A DNA stretch of 64,000 bases from an uncultured candidate division Zixibacteria bacterium (GCA_963664195.1 OY760907.1:2432001-2496000); one strand, 5' to 3'; positions 21,445-32,357 are shown, counted from the first letter of the stretch. Translations and numbers: made by a program. Notes: generated by a model not told the origin, from the letters alone.

Positions 21445-22851
21445 CTACTTCTTCGGTTTGTCCAGATTGAACTTGCCGTTCGTTTTCGGTACTTTGATCG
21501 GATATTTACCCGAGAAACAGCCGTGACAGAAAGTCGTGTCAGGCAGCGACGGCATCTTGAGCATCCCTTCAAGCGACAAATAGCGAAGAGAATCCACGCC
21601 AAGATACTTCTCGATCCTCTTGACTGACGAATTCGACGCAATCAGTTCCTTCCTGGTCGGCATGTCGATACCGAAGAAGCAGGGAGATACGATCGGGGGA
21701 GAGGATATGCGAAGGTGCACTTCCTTGGCTCCTGCCTCACGGATCATCTTGCAGAGCTTTTTCGATGTCGTTCCTCTGACGATTGAATCGTCAATGACGA
21801 TTACCCGTTTGTCTCGAAGAACACCCTTGACGGGATTGAACTTCAGGCGAACATCGAGGTCGCGGACGTGCTGTTCCGGATCAATGAAAGTACGTCCGAC
21901 ATAGTGGTTTCTAATCAAGCCGATCTCAAATCGAATACCTGATTCCTCCGCATAACCAAGCGTGGCCGTGTTGGCCGAGTCCGGAATACCGATGACGATA
22001 TCCGCCTCAACCGGATGCTCTCGCGCTAAAAGACGTCCAAGACGCCGCCGAACCTTGTCGACATTCTCCCCGAATATCCTGGAATCCGGACGTGAGAAGT
22101 AAATGTACTCAAAAATGCAGAAAGCATGCTTGCATCGTGTTGTCAGTTCTGTCGAAGTGATGCCATTCTTGTTTATTTCGATAACTTCACCCGGTTCAAC
22201 ATCCCTCACGTATTCCGCGCCGATCAGATCAAACGCGCAGGTTTCGGAGGCCACTACCCAAGATTTTCCGTACTTGCCGATTGCCAGTGGGCGGAATCCC
22301 TGTGGATCCCTGGCCGCGATAAGGGAATTTTCGGTCAGGAACAGGACGGAATACGCTCCCCTGATCTTCTTGAGCGCGTCGCAAATACGTTCAAACCGTG
22401 TGTTCTTGGTCGAGGTGGCTACAAGGTGCAAAACGATTTCAGTATCAGACGTAGTCTGAAAAATAGAACCGCGCGAATCCAGCTTCTTCTTCAGATCATA
22501 GGCGTTGGTCAGATTACCGTTGTGGGCCAGTGCCAGGCTGGAGTCACGATTGGTTATGATAAACGGCTGAATGTTAAGCAGCGAGGACGCGCCGGTGGTG
22601 CTGTATCGCGTGTGGCCGATGGATATCTTGCCGGTCAGTTTTGCTATATTCTCTTCCAGATGGAAAACCTCGGAGACCTGTCCCATCCCCTTGTGGAGAT
22701 GAAATACGCCGTCGCTGGAGGTTACAATCCCCGCGGATTCCTGCCCTCGATGCTGTAGAGCATAGAGCCCCAGATAGGTAAGCTCAGCTGCCTTCTCGTC
22801 TCCCCAGATGCCAAAAACGCCGCAGTTATCATGAACCATATCGTCCAGCAT
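21445..22851 (-). CDS. purF: amidophosphoribosyltransferase (Fe-S, propeptide type)
   Basis: HDN-CGVFG, LQHRGQESAG, GHTRYST, VIDDSIVRGTT, four Fe-S cysteines. Confidence 0.98.
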   Translation of the reverse strand: MLDDMVHDNCGVFGIWGDEKAAELTYLGLYALQHRGQESAGIVTSSDGVFHLHKGMGQVSEVFHLEENIAKLTGKISIGHTRYSTTGASSLLNIQPFIITNRDSSLALAHNGNLTNAYDLKKKLDSRGSIFQTTSDTEIVLHLVATSTKNTRFERICDALKKIRGAYSVLFLTENSLIAARDPQGFRPLAIGKYGKSWVVASETCAFDLIGAEYVRDVEPGEVIEINKNGITSTELTTRCKHAFCIFEYIYFSRPDSRIFGENVDKVRRRLGRLLAREHPVEADIVIGIPDSANTATLGYAEESGIRFEIGLIRNHYVGRTFIDPEQHVRDLDVRLKFNPVKGVLRDKRVIVIDDSIVRGTTSKKLCKMIREAGAKEVHLRISSPPIVSPCFFGIDMPTRKELIASNSSVKRIEKYLGVDSLRYLSLEGMLKMPSLPDTTFCHGCFSGKYPIKVPKTNGKFNLDKPKK

Positions 22852-23137
22852 TAGCAGTATTCCTCCGAGTCTACCTAAATGGAAGCAGGTAACTTACCTT
22901 CTCTGCCAGCGTATGTCAACGGCTTTTGGCAGTATCTTCACAAGTGTGAAACAAAGTGCAGGTAGTCGCGCGTAGATCGTCGCGTGTGCATAAATTGAGC
23001 ACAGAAACTTCTGGATAAGTTCCTGCAATTGTTGTACTTTAGCGGAAGATTCAAATGTACACGCTTTTACTTTAACTTTTGGCGCCACGCGCACCTCTTT
23101 TGCTGAATATGCTTCTGGAATACAAACCAGAGAGTCT

Positions 23138-23911
23138 ATGAACGAGAAAGATCATCTTCGATACGAAATCCTTCGCCAGCTGGCAGTAGCCGGCTCGCGT
23201 GGATCCGCGGTTAAGGCTACAGCCGAAGCAGCTCTGCGAAGTGCTGCCGAGTTGGTCGGTCTGAGTGCCGCAGCCATGTATCTCTGGGATGATCAGATGA
23301 GTATCAAGGTCAGTGCCACCAGCGCTGACTCCGATGAATCCAGGCGTAAGTTGGAGTTGCTTGAACACGGCCTCCTGAGAAACCTTCGCTCCGAAAGCGA
23401 ACTGGTCGCGGCTTACATGTCGTTTGGCGGCGATTTTCCCTATCACTCGTTCACTTTACCCCTCGTTCACACTGACAAAATCTTGGGGGCCGTGATCGGC
23501 CTGCAGCACGGTGAACGGACCATCGTTTCGGAGGATTTGTTCTTGGAAGCACTCAGCGCAGCTATTGCCGTTCATGTGGTCGCAACAACCGGCGAAAAAG
23601 CGATACCGAAAGACGTCCTCGACAAAGAACGACTCGGAGCAATTGTCGAGACGGCAGTGACCGTCAACCACGAAATCAACAATCCCCTCACTGCCATTCT
23701 TGGCAACGTCCAGTTGCTGCTGATGAAGCACGACGATCTGGACCCGGAACTCAGGGCCAAGCTGGAAGTCATCGAGGCCTCGGCCGGCAGGATCAAAGAC
23801 GTTACTCAGAAGCTGCTTCGATTGACCACGGCCCGCACGGTCGACTACTCGATGGGCACCAGTATGATTGACATTTCGGACGAGGATATCGACAGTTCCG
23901 AAGACGAGTAG
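23138..23911 (+). CDS. GAF-like domain plus histidine-kinase DHp (HisKA) protein lacking HATPase domain
   Basis: H-box VNHEINNPLTAILG near the C-terminus; no N/G1/F/G2 boxes before the stop. Confidence 0.8.
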   Translation: MNEKDHLRYEILRQLAVAGSRGSAVKATAEAALRSAAELVGLSAAAMYLWDDQMSIKVSATSADSDESRRKLELLEHGLLRNLRSESELVAAYMSFGGDFPYHSFTLPLVHTDKILGAVIGLQHGERTIVSEDLFLEALSAAIAVHVVATTGEKAIPKDVLDKERLGAIVETAVTVNHEINNPLTAILGNVQLLLMKHDDLDPELRAKLEVIEASAGRIKDVTQKLLRLTTARTVDYSMGTSMIDISDEDIDSSEDE

Positions 23912-24001
23912 TTCCAGTCCTGAAGCTTCTTGGTAATCTCCAGTCGTCCTGCATACTATCGCAACCTCCCGCAAGCTCCGCCAATACGTGTGTGACTGAA
24001 G

Positions 24002-24030
24002 AAAAAAAAACGGCGGTCACAAGACCGCCG
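24002..24030 (-). terminator. intrinsic terminator
   Basis: CGGCGGTC-ACAA-GACCGCCG hairpin with a T9 tract on the minus strand. Confidence 0.8.
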
Positions 24031-24064
24031 CCCAAGCTACTACAAACTGCCGTGAAGTACTGTG

Positions 24065-25216
24065 CTAGATGACGTTTGTCTCCTCTGAGACTTCAACACC
24101 TTCGGCAAACCGGTTCGGGCTGAGATCGGAAATGTCAATCGAAGGCTCTTTGCCAGTCAGGATTTCGGAGGTCATCACGCCCACAGCCGGGGCATGCATG
24201 AGACCGTGGCCGGAGAATCCAACCGCGTGAAACAGTCCCGCTACCTTTGGATCAAATCCGATGATCGCCCGGTGGTCCGGAGTTGTTTCGTACAAGCCCG
24301 CCCACTGGTTGGCGATTTCCGCCGTCTCCAGTTGGGGCATGCGATCCAGCGCACGCTCCAGAATGTTGTCGGTGTAGTCCGGGTCGACCGAGATATCAAA
24401 CGATGGTTTTACGTTCTTGTCTGCCCATCCCAGCAGCAGTCCTTTGGATTCCTTGTGGCTGTAGAGGCCGGAAGCAACATCGACAATCATGGGGAAGAAC
24501 GGCTTGACAAAATCCAGAGCTCCGGTGGTCACGCACTGACGACGGATCGGTTCGACTTTGATATCACTACCGACCATTTCACCAACCAGGCGCGCAAACG
24601 GTCCGGAGGCGTTGACGACAGTACCGCAGGTAATGTTGCCCCTGTTTGTCACGACTTCGGTAACCTTGCCACCTTCCGTATTGATGCCGGTAACTTCCGT
24701 CTCAAGGACAATCTCCACGCCGAGTTTCCTTGCGGCATGCTCGTAGCCGGACAGGAATTCGTGCGGATCAGCGAGGCCGTCGTCTTTACAGAATGTGGCC
24801 AACTGAATATCATCGGTGCGCACATGCGGTGCGTATTGGGCGATATCTTCAGGCTTCAGCAGTTCAACGTTCAAACCGACCGACCGCTGCATCTCAACAT
24901 GTTTCTTGAACAGAGCGACATCCTCGTCGCGTGACAACAGGAACATATATCCGACCTGATCGAAAAAGGCATCCGAACCGGTGTCTTCCTTGAAACGACA
25001 GAAGAGCTCCTCGGAGAGCATGGACATCTGGACATTTACTTTGCTGGCAAACTGTGCCCGAATACCGCCGGCTGCCTTTGAGGTCGACCAGGAACCGAGA
25101 AACTGTTCCTTTTCGAGCAACACAACCCGACCGTATTTCTCACGTGCCAGATAAAAAGCAACTGCCATCCCGATGATTCCGCCCCCGATTACAACTGCAT
25201 CTGCTTTATTGGTCAT
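24065..25216 (-). CDS. FAD-dependent amine/amino-acid oxidoreductase (DAO; sarcosine oxidase beta-like)
   Basis: VIGGGIIG dinucleotide fold; WAGLYETTPD; GFSGHGLM. Confidence 0.92.
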   Translation of the reverse strand: MTNKADAVVIGGGIIGMAVAFYLAREKYGRVVLLEKEQFLGSWSTSKAAGGIRAQFASKVNVQMSMLSEELFCRFKEDTGSDAFFDQVGYMFLLSRDEDVALFKKHVEMQRSVGLNVELLKPEDIAQYAPHVRTDDIQLATFCKDDGLADPHEFLSGYEHAARKLGVEIVLETEVTGINTEGGKVTEVVTNRGNITCGTVVNASGPFARLVGEMVGSDIKVEPIRRQCVTTGALDFVKPFFPMIVDVASGLYSHKESKGLLLGWADKNVKPSFDISVDPDYTDNILERALDRMPQLETAEIANQWAGLYETTPDHRAIIGFDPKVAGLFHAVGFSGHGLMHAPAVGVMTSEILTGKEPSIDISDLSPNRFAEGVEVSEETNVI

Positions 25217-25387
25217 CTGACTTCCTTCCAAAAGACGCCCCCGAAACTCACGTCCACTTTTTCAACAATGTACGCCAAGCCGCCGTTAAGTCAAGACCTT
25301 TGGGGCCGTTCTGAGGGCAAAACAGACCGGAAGAGGTTTCAAAAAAACGGTTGTCAGAACTTAAAAAAAGCATAGATTCAGAGTCCA

Positions 25388-27148
25388 ATGATTAGGGTAG
25401 CAGCAACAAGACTCCTCAAACGGGTTCAACCTTCCGAGACGAACCTGCTTATCCTCCTTTCGGTGATTGTGGGGCTGGCTACTGCATTCGGTGCCATGGG
25501 GTTTGTGCTCCTCATCGAGTACTTCAACGGGCTGTTTTTCGGTCTCACCGACCAGATACTGACTACGGCCGTGGGTTTTGCGAATTGGGGCGGCTACAAG
25601 TGGTGGTTTCCCATCATACCGGCGCTCGGCGGACTCCTGGTGGGGCCGATTGTCTTCAAGTTTGCCTCGGAGGCCAAAGGCCACGGCGTTCCCGAGGTCA
25701 TGAACTCTGTCGCCCGTCTGGGTGGTATTATCCGACCCAGGGTGGCGGTGGCCAAGACGATTGCTTCGGCGATTTGCATAGGCTCCGGCGGCTCCGCGGG
25801 TCGTGAGGGTCCGATCGTTCAGATTGGATCCGCGTTTGGATCCACTGTCGGGCAGATGTTCCGTATGTCGGGCGACCGAGTGAAGATACTCGTCGGTTGT
25901 GGTGCCGCCGCAGGCATCTCGGCGGTGTTCAACGCCCCCATCGCTGGCGTGATTTTCTCCCTTGAGGTGATTCTGGGCGATTTCGCAATCAAAACTTTTG
26001 CACCGGTCATTTTGGCCTCGGTGGTGTCGTCGGTTGTGACCCGGACTTTCATGGGCAACCACCCGGCATTCGAGGTGCCCAGTTATTCTCTGGTCTCGGC
26101 CTGGGAGATTCCGATGTACGTGGTTTTGGGTGTCGTGCTCGGAGCGCTGTCCGTGGTTTTCATAAGGGTACTCGATTGGTTTGAGGACACTTTCGACAAA
26201 CTCAAAATCAACAATATGGTCAAACCGGCGCTCGGTGGTCTGTTGCTGGGGGTGTTGGCCATATTCTACCCGCAGGTGCTTGCCGACGGCTACAAGACTA
26301 TCAGCCTGACGCTCTATGGTAATATAGGTATCTGGCTGCTGCTGTTGCTGATCTTCATGAAACTGCTGGCTACCTCATTGACGCTCGGCTCCGGCAACTC
26401 GGGCGGTATTTTCGCTCCCGCGCTGTTTATGGGGGCGACCGCCGGCGGATCGTTCGGCGTCATGATCAATAAGCTGTTTCCGACTGTCACAGCCACTCCC
26501 GGCGCATATGCCCTTGTGGGGATGGCCGGTATGGTGGCGGGGGCCGCCCACGCGCCGATGACAGCTATGCTGATCATCTTTGAAATGACCTCCGACTACC
26601 GAATTATACTGCCCTTGATGGTTACTGTCGTATTTGCCGCACTTGTAGCAGGGCGGTTGTTCCCGCACTCGATCTACACGGTGAAACTGGCCAAGCGAGG
26701 TATTGAGCTTCGCGGTGGCAAGGATATCAACGTCCTGAAATCTCACACGGTCTCTGAAGTGATGGACACGGAGTTCGAGACTATTCCGTCCTCGACCACG
26801 CTGCTCGATATTTTCAATATCATCGAGCATTCTCGCGAGTCTTACTTCATCGTAGCTGACCGCCAGGGTCAAATGAAGGGTGTGCTATCGTTCCAGGATA
26901 TCCGCAATCTGCTCAGCCAGCACACGCTTGATTATCTGGTCATTGCACAGGATCTGGTATCGCCCGAGCCGGTAGTGTTGCGGCTTGGCGATGATCTGGA
27001 AAAGGCCTACAGCGTTTTCGGGCAGCGCGACTTTGTCCTCGTTCCGGTAGTTGAGGACGGTGACTCGCGCAAGGTTGTCGGTGTGGTCCGTCGGGACAAT
27101 CTGATCGATTTCTACAACAAACAGCTTATCGAAAAGCTCCGCCAGTAG
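25388..27148 (+). CDS. ClC family chloride channel/antiporter with CBS pair
   Basis: GHGVPE, GSAGREGP, FNAPIAG and GGIFAP motifs; CBS-like C-terminus. Confidence 0.95.
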   Translation: MIRVAATRLLKRVQPSETNLLILLSVIVGLATAFGAMGFVLLIEYFNGLFFGLTDQILTTAVGFANWGGYKWWFPIIPALGGLLVGPIVFKFASEAKGHGVPEVMNSVARLGGIIRPRVAVAKTIASAICIGSGGSAGREGPIVQIGSAFGSTVGQMFRMSGDRVKILVGCGAAAGISAVFNAPIAGVIFSLEVILGDFAIKTFAPVILASVVSSVVTRTFMGNHPAFEVPSYSLVSAWEIPMYVVLGVVLGALSVVFIRVLDWFEDTFDKLKINNMVKPALGGLLLGVLAIFYPQVLADGYKTISLTLYGNIGIWLLLLLIFMKLLATSLTLGSGNSGGIFAPALFMGATAGGSFGVMINKLFPTVTATPGAYALVGMAGMVAGAAHAPMTAMLIIFEMTSDYRIILPLMVTVVFAALVAGRLFPHSIYTVKLAKRGIELRGGKDINVLKSHTVSEVMDTEFETIPSSTTLLDIFNIIEHSRESYFIVADRQGQMKGVLSFQDIRNLLSQHTLDYLVIAQDLVSPEPVVLRLGDDLEKAYSVFGQRDFVLVPVVEDGDSRKVVGVVRRDNLIDFYNKQLIEKLRQ

Positions 27149-27161
27149 TTGCCCGCCCCGT

Positions 27162-28364
27162 CTAGCTCTTCATTTGTACTTTGGAACGCTGTTGTCGGGG
27201 GAGGGTGAGCGAAAAGGTTGAACCTTCGTTTTCGACAGAACTCGCCGTCAGCGTACCGCCGTGCTGCTCGGCGATCATCTTGCAGTTATACAGTCCCAGG
27301 CCGTGTCCGCCACGTTTGGTCGTGAAGTGGAGCGTGAACACTTTTGGCATTGTCTCTTTCGGGATGCCCATGCCGTTGTCGGTGATATCCACGATAAGCA
27401 TATCCAGGCTCTTATCGAACTGGGCAACGACCTCGATTTCCCGTTTGTAGGGGGAGGGCCCGCCGTAGAGCTTGATTGCCTTCTGGTCGATAGCGTCGGC
27501 CGCGTTGTTCAGCATGTTCAGCAGTACTTGTTGAATCTGGCCGACATCCATCTCGACATTCGGGATTTCATCGGCCATGTCGACCGTGAAGTGAATCAGC
27601 TTGAACCGGGACTGCACGCGAAGCGAGAACAGCAGGTCATCGATCAAGTGTTTGATGTCGTAGTTGATGTACTCCGCCTGTGGTCTGGCATGGTCCAGGA
27701 GACCTTCGGCAAACAGTTTGATCTTGAAAACGTTGTCAATAATCGACTTGCTGTTGAATTTGGCTTTTTCGTATCTCCGGCGGTCGACATTCAACGTCAT
27801 CAATTCGGCGTTGTTGGCGATTATCGCCAGGTGGTTGTTGAGCTGATGAGCCACCGAAGCCGCCATTTCGCCCCTGGCCACCAGTTTCTCAGAAAGAATG
27901 ACGTACTGCTCCAGTGTCACCTTGTCAGTGACATCCTCGAAAGTGAGACACAGGCCGGTAACTTCACCCGGCAACTCGGGGAGCGGACATATCCTCAGCG
28001 AGAGCACCTTTTCAAGGAATTTCGTATGGTGGTAGAACCGTGACTCCGTGAATTCCTCACTCGATATCAGCACCGTGGTCAGTAGTGATCGCCAGCGTGG
28101 GACTTCTTCATCCGGCAGCGTTTCGAGAAACGAGGTAGGCTGGTCAGTCTCAGCCGCCGTACGGATACGTGGCATGTCCAGATCAAATATCTCGTAGGCT
28201 TTCGGATTGGCAGCGAGAATCGATAGGTTGTTATCAAGGACCATCATGCCGATAGGGGAGTGTCGAACCACCACTTCCGCGAGGCGACCGGCTTCCTGGT
28301 GGTCGATGTTCCCGTCTGTGGCAGGGGGCGATGGCTTGTCTATCGATGTGCGCGGCTGTGTCAT
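27162..28364 (-). CDS. cytoplasmic PAS-domain histidine kinase
   Basis: PAS-like N-terminus; AHQLNNHL H-box; NAADA, DNGMG, FTTK and GHGLGL boxes. Confidence 0.9.
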   Translation of the reverse strand: MTQPRTSIDKPSPPATDGNIDHQEAGRLAEVVVRHSPIGMMVLDNNLSILAANPKAYEIFDLDMPRIRTAAETDQPTSFLETLPDEEVPRWRSLLTTVLISSEEFTESRFYHHTKFLEKVLSLRICPLPELPGEVTGLCLTFEDVTDKVTLEQYVILSEKLVARGEMAASVAHQLNNHLAIIANNAELMTLNVDRRRYEKAKFNSKSIIDNVFKIKLFAEGLLDHARPQAEYINYDIKHLIDDLLFSLRVQSRFKLIHFTVDMADEIPNVEMDVGQIQQVLLNMLNNAADAIDQKAIKLYGGPSPYKREIEVVAQFDKSLDMLIVDITDNGMGIPKETMPKVFTLHFTTKRGGHGLGLYNCKMIAEQHGGTLTASSVENEGSTFSLTLPRQQRSKVQMKS

Positions 28365-28471
28365 ATTCAGTCCAACCCTCTCAGCTCGAAATTCCGGTTG
28401 CAAAAACGCCTTCATTAACGTTATCGGTCTCAGAAATACAGGTCTTTACCGGGAAGTGAAAAAGGCGGAAA

Positions 28472-29113
28472 TCAGGGGACCGGCAGTATCTCAGCAGGGG
28501 AGATAGGGCGTGATTCGGCTTGGAATTCAGTACGTCCGTAGCCTGTCAGCTGGAGGAACTGGCGGAACAGGAACTCAACCGAAGAACCTCTGTTATCAGT
28601 GCCGCCCCCAGCTCCTATGTTGAAGTCTGTCAACGAGATAGTTGTCACTTTCAACGTCAGTTTGTAGTGCTCCTCGCTTTCCAGAGAGTCCATCGGAAGG
28701 AGGCAAAGCTCGATCGAGTCTCTCAGGTATTGAAAGGTCGAAGCCAGCGACACGAATTGCCGCCGCGGTTCAGTCGAGTCAACCGGGAATGACAATCGGT
28801 ATTCCTCGGTCACGGGCAAGTAGCTCAACTGATTAATCGCTGTTTCTCGGGCAACCCGCCGGTTGCCAAGAAAACGACGGGGGATGCTGAGGTCAGCCTC
28901 ATACTCGATAATGACACCAACGCCGTCTTTAAGCTGCTCGACTGTATGCGAGGAAATCAATCCCGACATGTCCATCCAGACCGTGACGCAGTCGTCACGG
29001 CCGTAGACGTCAAACGGGATAGTCTGCTTGTCGTCGGCTCTTGCGAGACCGGTCACGCCAACCAGCAGGACAATGATAGTCAACGCGCCTGTCGTATAGG
29101 ATCTCAGCCGCAC
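28472..29113 (-). CDS. exported DUF4390-like protein
   Basis: Signal peptide; L-x-DGV...LSYLPVTEEY pattern; sits next to ntrYX-like genes as is usual for the family. Confidence 0.65.
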   Translation of the reverse strand: MRLRSYTTGALTIIVLLVGVTGLARADDKQTIPFDVYGRDDCVTVWMDMSGLISSHTVEQLKDGVGVIIEYEADLSIPRRFLGNRRVARETAINQLSYLPVTEEYRLSFPVDSTEPRRQFVSLASTFQYLRDSIELCLLPMDSLESEEHYKLTLKVTTISLTDFNIGAGGGTDNRGSSVEFLFRQFLQLTGYGRTEFQAESRPISPAEILPVP

Positions 29114-29131
29114 CCGTCCTCCTGAGTTGTC

Positions 29132-30877
29132 CTACAGCGAGTAAGTGAAACGCACATAGAATTTAGGGTCATCGTTTTCCGAGCGGTCGAGTCGCTTGGC
29201 AAGCGTCACTCTGAAGTCATCGCCGATATACCCTGACACGCCCAGCGAATGTTTGACCTCGTCGTTGTCGACGAATCTCGTGTCTTTGGCAATCCGTCCG
29301 ACATCCCAATGCAGCGATGCTGCAAGGTCTGTTTTTGGAAAGTCAATCCGATATTCGGTGTTGAGCATCCAGAAGCGCGTACCCATATACTCCTTGTGCT
29401 TGTACCCGCGAACAGTCCCGAGACCGCCAAGATAGAACTGCTTGTGCATGGGGAGATACCCGTCGGATCCGCCGTATGTGCCCTTCACAATGAGCATGAG
29501 TCGACGATTGAGACTCTGGAAGCGGCTAACGGAGACCAAGTATCGACGGTAATCGTAATCCGAATCCAGACCCGGCGCCGACCAGTCGAATCTGAGATTG
29601 GCGCTCCAGGCCGAATACTCGAACGGGTCTTCTTCATCGCGAGTATCATACGCCGCGCCCAGGAAGAGACCGGCATCGGTCAGGCTATCAATATCCGCAA
29701 TGCCCTGCTCCCTGAAAACCGGGTCGACAGAGCTGAAGTTGGTCGGGAATTTCTTGTCTCCCCCAAACAGCGACCAGAGATCGCGCTCCGCTTCAAACCA
29801 CTTCGTTTCCTCGTAATAATACCCGGCCGATAATTCGAGGGTTGTCATCGGACGGGTCCGGATCCAGGCTCGGGCACCCTCGGCTTCGTAGTAGTCTTTG
29901 AAGTCTTCCGTCCAGAAGAACGTAAAAGCATTGTTTTCGCTTGTTGAAATCAGCCAGTCATCCTCGGAGGCGAGTCTGCGATACATCTTGCCCCCGACAG
30001 AAATCGGCATGCTCCTGAGCACCGGCTGCTCGAATCCCAACTCGTAGCGCCAGCGTTCTGATTCAAAGGCGTATCCTGCCGTCGCCCAGACTGACGGCAA
30101 GACCGAGTCACGATCATCATAGCGCGCCCCTGCCATGAGTGCGATACCGTCGACCCGGTTATAATACATGTCCGCTTCCATCGAGACTTCCATTTGGCGG
30201 CGGAAGAACCGATGCCGGCGGCCGGATATCTTGCCCTTGCCACTGAATATCTCACCATATACGGAGGCATCCCGAGCGACATCGGCGTTTCCTTCGATTG
30301 ACAGAATGTCACCTCGAATAACCGCATCCGGGCCGACAAAGACACTTCCGAACAACGAGATGATATCTTTGTTCACCTCGCCGTAAACCTCGATATCGCC
30401 GGTCACGGCGAAAACGAACCCACGAACGAAATCATCCTCCTCGACAACTGTCGTGCCGAATGGTGCGATCAGGTTGCCGCGACGGATGCGGGAAGTACGA
30501 CGATCGTCGGCGCTGCGCGTATAAAACGTGATCGTGATGTGCTCGTCAGTGTCATGGACGCGGATGTCTGTTATCTCATCGTAGGGGTAGGCCTTCCCGG
30601 CAAGCCAGAGGGCGCGAACATCAAAGAGCAGTTGGTCGTCGGCGAATACTTCGTTGCCCCGGACTTTTAGAGACGAGCGATGGTACTTGAACAGGTCTAG
30701 CTGACCATCACCGTCGTTTGAGACCTCCAGATGATCGTCATCAAAAGTGATTTCGAAAAACACTCGCTTGCTGGTTGTCCGCTCGAAATCCTTGTATTCG
30801 TCGGAAGCCGCCAGCGTTGATACCGGGATCAATCCTATGAGAAGAGCGATTGCCAGAAGTATCGTGGTCTGTTTCAT
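29132..30877 (-). CDS. outer-membrane protein: bactofilin-like beta-helix plus BamA/TamA-like barrel
   Basis: Signal peptide; GDIEVYGEV/GSVFVG/GDILSIEG repeats; YNRVDG; LGGLGTVRGY; terminal YVRFTYSL. Confidence 0.75.
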   Translation of the reverse strand: MKQTTILLAIALLIGLIPVSTLAASDEYKDFERTTSKRVFFEITFDDDHLEVSNDGDGQLDLFKYHRSSLKVRGNEVFADDQLLFDVRALWLAGKAYPYDEITDIRVHDTDEHITITFYTRSADDRRTSRIRRGNLIAPFGTTVVEEDDFVRGFVFAVTGDIEVYGEVNKDIISLFGSVFVGPDAVIRGDILSIEGNADVARDASVYGEIFSGKGKISGRRHRFFRRQMEVSMEADMYYNRVDGIALMAGARYDDRDSVLPSVWATAGYAFESERWRYELGFEQPVLRSMPISVGGKMYRRLASEDDWLISTSENNAFTFFWTEDFKDYYEAEGARAWIRTRPMTTLELSAGYYYEETKWFEAERDLWSLFGGDKKFPTNFSSVDPVFREQGIADIDSLTDAGLFLGAAYDTRDEEDPFEYSAWSANLRFDWSAPGLDSDYDYRRYLVSVSRFQSLNRRLMLIVKGTYGGSDGYLPMHKQFYLGGLGTVRGYKHKEYMGTRFWMLNTEYRIDFPKTDLAASLHWDVGRIAKDTRFVDNDEVKHSLGVSGYIGDDFRVTLAKRLDRSENDDPKFYVRFTYSL

Positions 30878-30911
30878 GCCTGTGTATCCTCCGTATTTAC
30901 CCCGGCATACA

Positions 30912-30926
30912 ACAAGAACCGTGCCT
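30912..30926 (-). promoter_or_regulatory. putative sigma54 (-24/-12) promoter
   Basis: Minus strand AGGCACG-GTTC-TTGT versus consensus TGGCACG-N4-TTGC, 35 nt upstream of the OMP start. Confidence 0.55.
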
Positions 30927-31007
30927 ACAAGTCAACTTGTGATTTGCTAAGGCTTTGCGCGGTCGGAATGGATGTGAATCGTGGCACATTGCCACACCCG
31001 GGCACAG

Positions 31008-32357
31008 TTACTGGTCACGGCTTTTCAGGCCCATCTCCTTCACCTTGCGGGAGAGATTGGCGCGGTCAGTATTGAGTCTTCGAGCCGCCTCCGAGATGTT
31101 GCCCTTGCACTCCTTCAACGTACTTTCGATCAACCGCTGTTCAAACGTTGCCACTTGTTCCGCCAGCGACTTGTCATTGGCGGGATTCCTTTGTCTGGCC
31201 ACGGACCGCACGGTCTGCCCGGTGATGTCCTCTACTTCTACCGACCGATTCGGGCACAGTATGGTTAGTCGTTCGATGATGTTTTTGAGCTGGCGAACAT
31301 TGCCCGGATACTCCTGTGTGCCAAGGTGAGCCAGAGCTCCGGCGGATAGCTTCGTCCCCTCATGCGGGTCGAATCGACGAAGGAACTCTCCTGCAAGCAG
31401 CGGGACATCCTCACGTCTGGCTGAAAGAGGTGGTGCATTCACCACAAAAACCGAGATGCGGTAGTACAGATCCTGGCGGAACTTCCCGTCAGCAACCAGC
31501 TTCTGCAGGTCACGGTTTGTTGCACAGATGACACGTACGTCCACCCGACGGTGTTTCTCGCTGCCGATGGTTTCGACCTCGCCGGATTCGAGCACACGAA
31601 GAAGTTTGGCCTGAGAAGGGAGAGGCAGATCACCAATCTCATCGAGGAATATCGTCCCACCGTCAGCTTGTATGAACTTGCCGGGATGATCCCTGGTGGC
31701 GCCGGTAAAGGATCCTTTGACATGGCCGAACAACTCTGATTCAAACAGCGTTTCAGGTATTCCGGGGCAGTTCACCTTAAGGAACGCTTTCTCTCTGCGT
31801 TTGCTTTGTAAGTAGAGCCTGGTGGCGATTAACTCCTTGCCGGTACCATTTTCGCCCGTGATCAGGACATTGGTATCGGTGGGGGCCACCTGGGCGATTG
31901 TGGTCAGCAATGATCTGATGGCTGGCGACTCACCTACTATGCGGCACTCCTGGTCAATCTCGTCCACGTGTACGGAACGCTGTCGGTTTGCTGCAATCAA
32001 GGCCAGCGCGGCTGACACCGAGGCGATCAGCTTCTCGGGCTGAACCGGTTTTTCCAGAAAGTTGATCGCGCCCAGCCGAACCGCTTCAAGGGCCGACGCA
32101 ATATCCGCCTGTCCGGAAATCACCAGTACTGCCGGAGCATCGGCAGCATCCTTGAGTTCTCTCAGGAATTCCAGCCCGGACAAGCCCGGTAGTTGCAGGT
32201 CCAGCAGCATCAAGTCGAATCGTCGAGATTGTACTGCCTGCGACGCTTCTTCAGCCGAGTCCGCCGTGACAGTACGATGGCCTTCATCGTGCAGCAGCGC
32301 AGAAAACGAGGTCAGGATGTTGGGTTCGTCGTCAACTATGAGGATATCTGCTCTCAC
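31008..32357 (-). CDS. sigma54-dependent response regulator (NtrX/NtrC family)
   Basis: REC domain (VDDE, LLD), GENGTGKE, GSFTGA, DEIGD, Fis-type HTH. Confidence 0.95.
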   Translation of the reverse strand: MRADILIVDDEPNILTSFSALLHDEGHRTVTADSAEEASQAVQSRRFDLMLLDLQLPGLSGLEFLRELKDAADAPAVLVISGQADIASALEAVRLGAINFLEKPVQPEKLIASVSAALALIAANRQRSVHVDEIDQECRIVGESPAIRSLLTTIAQVAPTDTNVLITGENGTGKELIATRLYLQSKRREKAFLKVNCPGIPETLFESELFGHVKGSFTGATRDHPGKFIQADGGTIFLDEIGDLPLPSQAKLLRVLESGEVETIGSEKHRRVDVRVICATNRDLQKLVADGKFRQDLYYRISVFVVNAPPLSARREDVPLLAGEFLRRFDPHEGTKLSAGALAHLGTQEYPGNVRQLKNIIERLTILCPNRSVEVEDITGQTVRSVARQRNPANDKSLAEQVATFEQRLIESTLKECKGNISEAARRLNTDRANLSRKVKEMGLKSRDQ

